Below the pieces are notes generated by a model, which did no database searches, was not told where the DNA came from, and saw only the letters and a program-made list of their open reading frames with translations. This document shows, piece by piece, positions 28,003 to 40,100 of a stretch of DNA of 64,000 nt (within the stretch, counting starts at the first letter, position 1; every line of letters starts with the position of its first letter). The translations under genes and the position numbers were made by a program. This DNA is from Protoeuglena noctilucae (taxonomy: Eukaryota): contig OY253671.1 in the NCBI GenBank assembly GCA_958009085.1, positions 682,001 to 746,000 on the forward strand. The letters are read 5' to 3'.

Positions 28003-28596
28003 CCTCGTCGACACGCAACTGCGGACCGGCCGCCCACGCCACGCGCAGGCCGAGGACTGGTCCGCGCGAGGCATCCAGGGCCGCCCCAGCAGGGCCTCGT
28101 CAGCGTCGGTTTCTGGCATGCAACGAACACTGGTCTTGCCCCGACGCCGCGACGAAGCACTTCGTCGCTGGCGTGCACCATCGATCGCACTAGCTGTTCA
28201 CACATTGCCATCCGCCGCCGTCCCGGACTTATCGACCCAGCGACCGAGCCAGGCCTCGCTGCGCGCAGACAGGTGAGCCGAAGGCGAGGCCAGCGACTCC
28301 TCACACTCCTGAGGGCTCGAGTGCGCCCCGCCTAGCTCGGGGCGCTCGGGCCTCGGCCCTCCTGGCCGGCGCGAACAGGGCGGCCTGCCCCGGGCTAGGA
28401 ATCGCTGATTTCTAGCGTTTCCGGCCCGTGTCCATGTCCCTCGTAGTTTCGTCTGTACCATATGTCTGAAATCAATCGAGCGGATTCCCGGGACCGCGCC
28501 CTATTCACATATCACATTGTGTTGCACATCCTCACGGGCGGAAGGCTTCGCTGCCCCCCCCCCCCCTACGTCTCCAGAGAGACCTCCAGCGTCACG

Positions 28597-30040
28597 ATGA
28601 ACTCGTTGAACGAGGAGCGACAACAGGAGGCGAGTTTCCCGCGCATCGCCGCGGTGCGGACCATGTGAAGTGTGTTTTTCCCTCAATCCCTGCTCGCGCC
28701 CCCTCGCAGCAAGGCTCCATGCGCAGGAAATTGAAGGGGTCCCTGAGCTCCGTTTTCCGGCGCCGAACTCCAGCAGAGGTGCGCAGGAACGGATTGCTCG
28801 TGCCGCTGGATGGCCATCTTCCTGCCCCGGCGTCATTTGCGCCGCCGTCTACTCGCAGGATACTGCTCCTGACGCGGCTGGAGGGAATTTGCACACGGCA
28901 GTGAGCGGTGAGGCCGCTCGAGCGCGAACGTGTTCGGAGCCCTTTCCTCCCATCGCCTGAATTTCGCCCCCGCCATCCGCGCCGCAGCCCCGTCCCCTCG
29001 CTGGACGCGCAACATATGGCGTCGTTCCGAGCCCGTTCCTGCCGTCGAGCACCACGCGGCAGCCCTCGGCCCTCCGAGGCCCGTCCCTGGCCATTCGGAG
29101 CAGGCGCGACTCCTCGACCTGGCTCTCGCGTCCGCCGTGGAGTGAGTCCGCAAAGCAGCAGCCGCCCGCGGAGCCACCCGAACGCGCGCTGCGGGCCGCA
29201 TGCGACGCCCAGTGACCGCCTTGTTCGCAGGGGCACTGGCGGCCCGACGCACCCGGGCCGGAGCGCCTTAGTCCCTTCGCGCAGCATGCGGTGGCCTGAG
29301 GTGAGTCCCAGCCGACGCCTGAGTTGGCTTCCAAAACTGCGCTTCCCTTGCGGTGCTCGACGCGGACGCTCGTTCGCCTCCTCAGGCGCCCCCGCCGCAC
29401 GCGGAGGCGGACCGCAGCTACCATGGCGTGCACACCAGCGCAGGCTCGCCCGTCAAGATAGGCTCCGAGGACGCGGGGAGCCTCAGCACTTCGGCAGGTG
29501 GGCGGTGCGCCTCGCGTTATGCCCCACGGCCTGCCACCCTCGCGGTCAGCCCTGTGGGCATCCAATGCGTGTCCACACCCACACCCGCCTTGACCCCTTG
29601 TGCCCTCAGAGGAGCGCCTGCGCGCCGTGTCCCAGGACGACGACCTGGCCTCCAAGCTGATCGAGCAGGTCGCGCTGCAGGCCGAGAGGGCTATGCACAT
29701 GTCCAAGAGCGCGGCCGTGGCGTCCGGCTACCTCCACGTCGACATCGACCGCGACTTCCAGGATTTCGTCGCGTCGGCGCGCGGCCCCGGCCCCGGCCGC
29801 GGCCAGGCCAAGTTCTCCGACGGCTCGGCCCCGAGCGCCCTCATGTCGCCCGACCCGGCTGCCGCGTATGGCCCGAGGGACCGCGTCGACGACCCCTCGC
29901 TGGTGCACGAGGGGCTGCCCGTGCGTCACGACGGCTGGGGCTATGTCTCGGACCGCGTGGACGACGAGGGGGCTTTCCCGATCGAGGAAGAGGAGGATGA
30001 GGACGAGCACGACACGTCGGTGTTCCACAGGCGCATGTGA
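28597..30040 (+). CDS. Hypothetical low-complexity protein, multi-exon
   Basis: Series of short exons flanked by GT/GC-AG sites. The last exon 29610-30040 looks coding (EERLRAVSQDDDLASKLIEQVALQAE..EEEEDEDEHDTSVFHRRM*). Confidence 0.45.
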
Positions 30041-31089
30041 TGGGGATCGAGGGAGCCCGACCGTGGCGGCATCGCCTGGAGAGGGGTTGTCATTCAGATA
30101 AGGAGGTCATGCCCCAAGCACACGGGGCGGCAGAGAGTCGACCACAGCTGCGATTGGCATGTCTCGATCGTCGCACAGATGCCCTGCACACCCAGCCGCA
30201 AGGCCCGCACGACATGACGGTGGGGCCGTAAATGCCTGGCCGACCGGCAGCGCCAGGCCTCTCGCATGAGAGCGAATGGGGAGTGGAGTCACTTGGCGCC
30301 TGTTCCGGTGCCTGCCTCTGCGTGACAGAGCAATCCAGGCACTTGAGGGCACCCTCCTAGCAATACTGCTGTCCTGGCGACAGAGCCTCTGCTCGCGACG
30401 TCGCTGGGCATAGATGCAGAGTTCGATGTTCCTATCCGTTGTGCGCAATGCCGACGAGAGGTCTTTGAGAGTCTTCCTCGACGGGTCGTGTGGATAGATT
30501 GGGCTCCTCTCCAACAGCCACTGAGATGCGCCCTTTGCGCCACGCGCCTCTTTCCCAGCGGCAAGGCCGCCCTAGCGGCCATGCCGCCCTAGCAGCGTGC
30601 ATTGTGCAAGTGTGCCTGAGCGTGGGCGTGGCATGCAGCACCCCTAGCTCCAACACACGTCGTGTGTCTAGGCCCTCCGTGGCCCTCTAACGCTGGCCTT
30701 CTATCGCCTTAGAGGCGCACCTAAGTTATGCGCTGACGGGCACACTTGTCCCTCCGTTGCCTTTTTCCTACTTTCTCCGCTGCTCCGGCACACCATGCTA
30801 TCTTTCTCCTACCGCAGCGCAACCTGTGCTGTGCAGTCGCGTTTGCCATGGTCTCTTGAAGAGCCGTTTCCTCTTCCTATGCTGACCCTATCATGCCCCG
30901 AGAGGGGCCATGTCAGTTACAAGCCTAGGCGCGGGGCAGGCCTGGATGCGACCTGAGCCTCCCCGCACGCTGTGCTGCAGGTGACGTGCAAGCGCAGCGA
31001 GTGGCCAAAGTGCAAGTGCTGGGCTTGCGTGTCGCGGCACGGGACCCGAAGGCCGAGACGAAGCAAAGAGCCGGGTACAGGGGCCAGGG

Positions 31090-34000
31090 ATGGAGCCTCG
31101 AGTGCAGGGTGAGAGCAGAGATGTCCATGCATTCCCTGATGCTGACGCTGGCATGCGGACACCCAGGGCACGCGGACAGAGGCATTGTGGCGCTCAACAT
31201 GGCATCGACTCCGCTCTTCGTGCCTGCTGCAGGGGCACTGACGCCCCCCCTGGCCTGAGACGACTCCCCTGTGGCCAACCACTGTTTGTGGCCGGGATGC
31301 GGGGTGCGGTGCGCCCAGCTTCGAGTCCCGGCCAAGCGGGGCTAGGCAGGGGTGCAGGGTTGCGAGGCGGACTCACACAAGCATCGGTGGTCGGGAGCGC
31401 GCAGCCAAGCATCCCGGCACCTTCGCTCCGTCCACCCGCGAGTGTTTATCATGAGCAGAGGGCCAGGGTCAGCCTCGCAGGCGGGGCGGGGCCGGGCCCC
31501 TCGCCGCTCTGTGCGGGGCAGGTGCTGGCGCGCTCTCCGCTCTGGCTGCCCGGTCGGAGGCGCAGGCGAGCCGGGGACATGCGCCCCGGGCCGCTGGGCG
31601 GGAGCACTGGGGACGGGAGCGCAGGGGGCGAGGGCGCATCGGAGGCGTCGGAGGGTGGAGGGGCCTTTGGTGGTGCCCCGGGCGCACAGGGGGCGCCCGG
31701 GAGGGGCAGCGGTCCAGAGCATCGCAGCGCTGGCCCGGAACAAGCAGGGGCAGGTGTCGGGGGGTCGTCAGGGACCGCGGGGGGTTACGTGAATGGCGCA
31801 GCGGGGGCGGCCGGGTATGCGGCTGCAGTGGAGGAGGGCCCCCAGTACGTGTACGCGGGTTTCCGTGACGGAGACGTGGTGTACCGCCCGCAAGACGAGC
31901 AACTGTGGCAGTGGCTCATCAGCACGTTCCGCATGAGTGCGCTGGCGGCGGGGCGGTACTGGTCAATGCTTCAGCTCGTCGCCTCCGTGGTCTACGTCGT
32001 CCTCTACATCTACAGCACCTACGTGCCCGTGGTGAGAATCCCGCTCTGCGCCTGACCTCGGCAGCGCCTCGCTTCCTTGCCTTGCATGGAGATGCGCACC
32101 CGCGCCTGTGCTCCTGCGTACGACCCTCCCTGCGCGGCTGCCACCCTGGCGTGCACCCTGACTACCTTAGCTCTCTCCTGTACTTCCAGGTGCCGTGGGG
32201 GACCCGCTACGTGGTTGAGTTATGCCTGTGCGGCCTCTTCGCCGTGGACTTCCTCAGCCGCACGCTCGGGGCCAGCTCGCCCTTACGCAAGGCCCTGCAG
32301 CCCGGCAGCATCCTGGAGCTGGTGGTGAGTGCCGAAGCACGAGTACCGTATTGCTGTCCCTACGCACTCTCTGCGCTATTCCAGTGCAGAGGCTGCAGAC
32401 ACCTCTCCAACCGGTGACCCCCAACCCTCACCCGCTTCCCACCTCCCACCCCATGACAGACGTTCCTGCCCCAACTCCTGGACGCCTCGCTCCCTTTACT
32501 CGTCCCCGCGGCCCAGCTGCCCTGGATCACCTCCCTCCGGGTGTCCTGGTTCAAGCTCTTCCGCATCCTCGCCGTCACCCGGCGGGTGCTGCTGGCGGGA
32601 CAGATGCGGGGGCTGCACTTGTCATCATCCACCGAGTTCCTCAACTCAGGTGAGTGGATGAGCAGCTATAGACGTCCCGTCATGTTGTATCATTCATGTG
32701 CTTGTTTCCTTAACTCGCATTGCCTGCAATTTCCGCCAATCCCATCCTTCTCTTGCCACCCTTACCCCCCTCTGCGCCCATCGCTTGCATCTATATCCCC
32801 TTCCTGACACCCGTCACCCTCTCCCAAGCCCCCCACATCCCAGGATTCCTCACTGCGAACACACCACCTACCCACACGCCCTCGCCCCCGCCCCCGCAGT
32901 GTCGGTGGCCCGCGTCTTTACTCTCGTCTCCTCCGTGCTGGCCCTGATCCTGACGTCCTCCTGTGTCATCCAGATCGTCGAGCGCATACCCTGGCACGAC
33001 GCCCTGTACCTCAGCAGCACCACGCTCACCACCGTCGGACTGGGGGACGTTTCGCCTGCGTCCGTGCTGGGCAAGATGGCGGTCATCGTCATCGTGCTCA
33101 TATCCGTCGTCACCATCCCCGTCCAGGCGTCGCAGGTCTACCAATTCCTCCAGGTGCGTGACTCCTGGGTAGGAAGGAGTGCTGTCGTTGGTCGATCCAG
33201 GCAAATGCTGTGAGCAGTGCTCGACTGAGCCAGTTCATGCACATCAGGCCACGTGTGATGCAAGAGCGCGATGAGCGTGATCTCCTATGCGCACGCCGCC
33301 AGCTCCCCTGCACCTCCCCTGCACCTCCTACCCCCGCAGATGCGCCGGCGTCGGTGCGGCAACCTCCCCTCGCCCTTCCAGGCCGTGGTGCTCGTGGCCA
33401 CGCGACTCAGCGACATGCGCGCCTTCGGGGACTTCTTCTCTGAGTTCTGGCACGAGCTGGAGAGCCAGGCGCAGTGGAACACCGCCATGGGAAGGTCCCT
33501 GTGAGTGACAGACGCGTGGGGATGATGCTTGAGAACATGGGGCTGATCGTGCATGCGCGAGACGCAGAGCGGCCCAGGGCGGCACCACAGCGATGCGATG
33601 CAGCCGAATGCGGGCCATGGCATGTCTTGGAGACTCTCTTTGCTTGTGTGTCTCGGTCTACATAACACGCTGCCTACCGAAGTTGCATGCGTCACCCCTA
33701 CCACCCCCCCAGGCCCCTGGGCAAGACCAAGATGGTGTGCTTGACGAACCGCCCGTCGTTCGAGTTCCAAGCCTTCCAAGAGCTCAACTTCCGGCGCCTG
33801 ACGCTCTTGGAAGGGTCGGTGCTGAGCGAGTCGGACCTGGAGGCGGTGGCAGCGCCGAGGTGAGGCGCTGTTGAGACTGCAGTGATGAAGAAGGTTGCTT
33901 GGTTGTTGTTGGGGTGAGGTCGGTGCTGAGTGGGTGTGTGGTTGCTGTGTTGTTGGCGAGCCCAGCAAGAGTGGGCGTGGTGTACTTGGGCTTTCCTCGT

Positions 34001-36914
34001 CACAGGCCACTTCATGGCTTCCAATCATTCCATTTCATGCCTCTCACTCATGTTCCGCCTCATCTACAATGCGCACGCAGGGCCAAGGCAGCGCTGCTCA
34101 TTGCGGACCGCTTCTCGCCAAAGCCCGACGAGGAGGACAAGGCCCTCATCTTCCAGGCAAGGTTGCACACAGTAGAGAAGAGGGTGCTCAAGTGTTGTGC
34201 ATTCGGCGCAAAGGTCGCCGCATGGGCGCTGCATCGACCGGCGCATCTCGTGGCCCCATGAAGGGGCGCGACATCCGCCTTTCCCGCCCCGCGTCCCCAG
34301 GTCTGGTCGATGCGGTCCTACACGTCGACGGTGCCGCTGTTCGTGCAAACGCTGAGCAAGGAGGCCATGGTGCAGATCAAGCCCTTCCTCGACCCCGCAA
34401 AGGACATGGTCATCAGCTTAGAGGACGTGCGCTTCTCCCTCCTGGCCATCTCCGTCGTCTGCCCCGGCGCCAGCACTCTCATCGGCAATATCCTGCGCTC
34501 GACCGTCCCGCCGCGCCCGACCTTCCTCTCCCAGGACACCATGGCGGGCATGCGGGTGCGGACTATGAGTGGGTACTATGAGCGTTGCCTGCATGCACAC
34601 AGAGCCCCGTTCCAAGCCCCTTGCCTTTCTCGCTGCTCCCTGTGCTCTGCTGTGCGACATGTTTAGTAGCAGACACTTACACGCCGTTCTCACCATCTCC
34701 GTTGCCCCGCTGCGCGCAGTGGCTCCGGGAGTACGTCGACGGCACCTTCTACAAGATCCGCCTCGTCCCATGCGACCCAACCTTCCAGGGCCTGTCCTTC
34801 ACAGAGGCGGCTGAGTGTCTGTACCGCCGTGTGGGTGCTGTCCTCATCGGGGTTCGGACCCCAGAGCCCCTCCCCACCGTCCTCGTCAACCCCGCCAGGA
34901 TGTCCCTCCGGTGCGATGCCTGCTGATGCCAGTCGACCCCTGCACAGCCTGGCACGCGCTGCTCAGCCTCGCATGGCGCAATTGAGCTTTAGACCCCCCC
35001 AGCCCTTGGCGCTGCGATAGGCTTCCTTGCTTCATAACAGTTGCTCGGGTCACGTCACGTGTCCAGCAGCCGTCTCTGGTCTCCGCAGATCCACCGAGGC
35101 GCTCATCGTTTTGGTGCGGTCCGAGACTCAGGCACAGAAGTGCGCGTCGGTCACCTACACCCCACCCCTCATGGCGAGGGTTTCAAAATCCAAGCCAAGC
35201 AAGGATGAGGTCACCCCCGCCGACGCCCCGCCGAGCCGCGGCACCCTCCTGGGCCTCTTACGGTCGCCGCTGACGGGCGCGCTGTCGGCCCCGCACGCGG
35301 CCACGACCTCCTCGGACGGCTCCGGCCCGGAGCGTCCGGCGTCGGACGCGGAAGTCGCGGAGCACAATCGCCTCCTGGAGGGCTCTGACCTGCGCGTGAC
35401 GTCCATGTCCGACTCGTCGGTCCGCATGCACCGGGGACGGGGCAGCTCCCGGTCGGGGGCGCTGGCGCGGTCGAGCATCGACTTCGAGGTGGACCCGATC
35501 GTGCTGCGTGCGATCGAGGACGACATCGAGAAGGCCCGGCGTGCCGAGGAGGAGGCGGCGGCGGAGGGCGGGGAGGACTTGTCCGGACACGTGGTGGTTT
35601 GCGGAGACCCCCACTCGTTTCTGCCCTTCTGCCAGGCGCTGCGCCAGATCGACTGCAGCAGCGCGGCCATCGTCATCCTGCACCCCCAGGTGAGGGCAGG
35701 GCGCTCTGGCACGATTGCTGGGTGAGGGTACCCTGAACGCTGCGTGGGCGAGAGGCGGATGAGGCGACACCCCCTGCGCTGCAGCCACTGGACGAGTCGT
35801 TAATGGCCAAGCTGGTGCAGCTGGGCAACCTGAGGCACGTGCGGGGCACGCCGACGGACCCCGCGGGGCTGCATGCGGCCCAGGTCCGCACGGCGCAGTC
35901 GTTCGTCTTCCTGGCTGCGCGGGCACGGCCGCCGTCCGCATCCCGGAGGCCCGCGGCGCCCGGGGAGGCGGGCAATGGGCACAACGCGTCCGACGCGACG
36001 GCGGGTCCCCTGCACAACGCGTTCGGCAACACGGCGTGGCGCGCGTCCGTGCTCGCGGATGCAGAGGCGAGGGCGGCTGGACTGCGCGCCGCATTATAGA
36101 GGCAACGAGCACGGCTCAGACTGCGCTTAGCGCATGGTGTTACACATGATGTCGACGCTCATGTGCCGTGTCCTGCGCAGGCGCTGCTGACGTGCTACTC
36201 GGTCGGGGAGGGCCTGACGGATGTGAACGCCCTGGTGGAGCTGACGCACACGAGCTCCATCCGCTTCATCCAGCCGGGGCTGCTACTGCCTGGGGTCGAG
36301 GAGACGTACCGGATCCTGAACGAGGGCGCGGAGGGGTCCCGGAACAAGGGGCAGGCGTCCCCGCGGCCGGCCTACTTACAGACGCGCCGGCAGGAACGTG
36401 CCGCGGCGGATGAGGGCTTGGCCGGGTGGCAGGTCAACAGCTTCTTCGCGAGCGGGCGCGTGACGGTCCCGGCGCTGATGGACACGCTCACCTGCCAGGC
36501 CTTCTTCTCCGGCGGGCTGCTGCCCGGTGAGGCGCTGCGCCTGACGCAGGCTGCTTGGCGCAGCTGTGTCGGTGGTTGGCCCCCGACGTGTGTCTGTTAT
36601 CCGCCTCCCCCGCAGACCTGTTCAAGGAGCTCCAAGGCAGTCGGCAAGGGGGAACGCCCCTCCGCCTGCTTCGGGTGCCGAAAGAGTTCGTGGGTCGGAC
36701 GTACCAAGACTGTGCTGCGCATCTTATTCTCCACAGGAGGGTCGTACCCATGGGCCTGTACCGGTTCAAGGAGGAGAACGCTTTGTGGAGGCTGCCCTAC
36801 GTGCACACCAACCCGCCTGGCAGCACGGTCCTGCGCGAAACGGACCGGGTGTACGTGCTGCGCGAGCGGGGCGGCGAGTGGCTCGTGGAGGACTCCAAGG
36901 AGGCGGCCTCTTGA
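31090..36914 (+). CDS. BK/Slo-like potassium channel alpha subunit with two RCK domains (start uncertain)
   Basis: TM helices, S4-like WFKLFRILAVTRR, pore WHDALYLSSTTLTTVGLGDVSP, RCK1 (ALLIADRFSPKPDEED; LLAISVVCPGASTLIGNILRS; WLREYVDG), RCK2 (LSGHVVVCG; FFASGRV; LYR..PYVHTNP..DRVYVL). Confidence 0.9.
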
Positions 36915-37159
36915 ACTTTGAAGGAACACTGGAAACCCCTCGTACACCGCGAAATGAGCACAGCAGCCTTTCCAGCGGTAGGGTTTTGAGGGTTTCCCCA
37001 CCATGCCCAGCTCTCTTGACAGATCATCGTTCGTTTCTACGAAATAATCGATGAGACGCGGCGAGGTGCAGAGACGATTGGCGCGCTGCGAAGTTCTTGC
37101 CGTAACGACCCTGCCGTCCCTCGCCGCCTGGGGGCGCGCAGACAGGCTTAGGGTGGGCG

Positions 37160-40100
37160 ATGGAGGAGGAGGCCGTGGAGAAGGCCGGCACGGTGCCGGA
37201 CCCGGCCACGGTTTGGTGCATCTCGTGCCGAGCGTCTGCAAACACGGTGCACCCTGTGAGCCCTGCAGGGATCGAATTGCGCCTCGATCCTCGCCCTGCG
37301 CTCGCCCCATGCAACGAGCACCTTGGTCGCTGTCTCGACTGTCTGCTGCAAGCGTCTCGCATTATTTGGGCTCCGCTCCGGGCCTGGCGCCAAGGGGCGC
37401 GCGAACGGCGCTGGGCGCCCGGCCTGCTCCGATCTGCGCCGCTTTGATGGATGTTCTCACGCGCCACTCGACCTTTTCGCCGCGTAGCATGCAGATTTCG
37501 CTGCGGCGTCGCAACGATGCTCGGAATCGCAACGATGCTCGGAATCGCACCCGCTGCATCCCGCAGCCTCTTGGGTTCGAGCCATCGCTCATCGCGGCAC
37601 ACTCCTACCCGATGCTCCGCAGAGAAACGATGTCCTGGCCGCCTTTGGCCTCCCGTTCGTGCGCCCTGGGCGGGATGTCGCGTGCATCCCGGGCGACGGG
37701 CCCACGCTCGAGTTTGCCGAGTTCTGTCGAGAGATGCTTGGCCTGCAGAAGCACCAGATCGTGCAGCTGCCTCAGGCGAGACGCAGCTCAAGACAGCGCT
37801 GAGCAGCTCTCCAAGTTAGGCGCAGGAGTGGCCAGCAACCGCCTGCCCGATCCTGCTGCGCAGCCCTCGGCTTACATCGAGGCAGCCAACCTGACGGGCG
37901 AGATGCTGGCGCCCGTCGGGACGGCCCTCGCCAAGTGCCACGGCTCCGTCGACCCGAGGATCTTCTCCATGGTCACCTCGCCCCGCCTGGCCCGCGTCTT
38001 CAAAACCTTGCCGGGGCAGCCCACGATCCTGGCGGACAGCGCCAAGGAGATCAAGACCTTCTGCTCTCGTCCCATCCTGCACCGGCGCGTCAAGGACGTC
38101 GACTCCGGTGAGCGCCCACAGTCTACGCTGCCACACTCTCACCGAATGCCCTACCCACATCCACGCTGCCCCGCCCATGCCTTCCTTCCCGCCGCATCGA
38201 GTGCAAACCCTTGCATCCGACGCGTGCTTACCCGCTCGCGCCAGCCTGCCCGACGCATCGAGCGCGGGCGCCCTGGATGGGAAGTGCCCCACCCCCTGCC
38301 TGCAGTCCCTGCGCTCGTGGAGAGCTTGGATCTGAAGGTGCCCGTGTGCCGGGGGATGCTCTGCGAGGACTCCGACGACCTCCTCGTCGCCTACCGCCTC
38401 ATGGGTCTCTCCGAGGCCACCCTCCGGCCCATGCGCGCCAACCACCGCGGGGGCGAGGGCGCCGCCATCGTGTCCAGCGCCGAGGAGTTGCGCCAGTACG
38501 ACTTCCCCCACGGCCCCGTGGTCCTCGGCGAGGGGCTCTCCCTGGACCGCAGCTCCCAGGGCACCGACGTGACGGCCGTGTACTTTTTCGAGGGGTCCGA
38601 CTACGCCGGCGCGGCCCAGCGCGTGGCTGTCGGCCCCGCCTTCTTCGGATGCCAGTCCCTGGCGGTCCCGGAGGACTTCCACCGCCGCGCCATGGGTGAG
38701 GGTCGCGTTCGCGGTGGACGGAGTCCCGGACCCGGCTTAGTGGGGTTGACATCGACACGTCCAACGGGTCGGCGGCCGCCCAAGGGCACCGTCGTTGACT
38801 GGTAGCGCTCACGACGCGCGCCGTTCCGCTTGCCACCCGCAGAGGCTGCGACCCTGCTGGTGGGCGCGATCCGTCCCAAGGGCGTGGCGTCTGTGGTCTT
38901 CGGCATGGTCAACGCCGAGCCCGTCCTCATGTCCTGCCACCTGGATGCCGCGGGCATTGAGTACTTCGCGGCGCTTTTCATGTCCCGGTTCATCGAGCCC
39001 CGCTCCGAGCGGCCCATGTCCATCTTCGCCTGGCCGACGCAAGCCAACAGCGTCAAGGTCGACATCTGGACCTTCTGGGCGCGCCTGGCCGAGCACGGCA
39101 TCGCCCTCAACCCCCGCACGGACAAGACGGGCGTCTTCCCGCTCGTGCTCCTCAAGGACTCGATGGCCCTGCTCATTGCGGTCGGCGAGTCGGGTGAGAC
39201 GAGCCTCGCACACTCGCACATGCATCCCAGTACCCACCGGCAGCGGCCGGAGACATGAAAGGGCCCGGCGCTTGCACTGTGCAATGGTCGACAGCTGCTA
39301 CCTCCCTCGCCTTACGCTCTGTGTGTCTTCTGTTGCTGCAGATGACCGCATCATGGCCATGAAGGACCAGGCGGACCAGTACCTCCACGACAGCGTGGAG
39401 GACGCCCCCCTGGCACTCGTGTCCTGGGTCGACTCGAACCGGCGCATCTGGTGCAACGGGTGACTGACGACGTACCACGCATGTTTGCTGAAAAAGGAAG
39501 CCTCCGTGTGACAGGTCCCCGGGCAGCCACTTGCACCTCACCTGTCCTCCTCTCCCCGGCAAACTGACATGGCACTAACCTGGATGCGAGCACTGCCCGT
39601 GCTCTGTCGCGATCTCGCGTGGAATGCGAGACGTCTGGGTCCCCGCAGGCCTCGGCCCGAGTACTCCCGACTCACGCAGCGGTACAACATGCCGGCGCGC
39701 AACATCCCGCTCATGCGCAAGGGCAAGGACTACATCGTCCTGCCCGGCGACTTCGAGCCCATCCGCGAGTTCGCCGAGTTCGTGCAGGCCGTCATGGACC
39801 TCGACGAGGACCAGGTGAGGTGCCAGGGACTGCGCTGTGCTTTGCTATGGGTGTCGTCGAGGGTTCCGTCGTACAGAGGGAGCCCAGCGGTGGTGCGCCG
39901 ACAACTGTGTGCTTTGTTCAAGAAGCCTGGCACTGGGATGCGTGTTTGAGGACGCATGTGACGAGTGCGGAGCCCGAGGGTACTTTATTGCCGCTTGACG
40001 CTTGCAGATCATCTGGACGTCCGGGAAGAACTACCTGCTGGACGACGATATCGCGAGCGAGCCGACCGTGCTCGGCCGCATCAAGTCCGTGGTCGTGACC

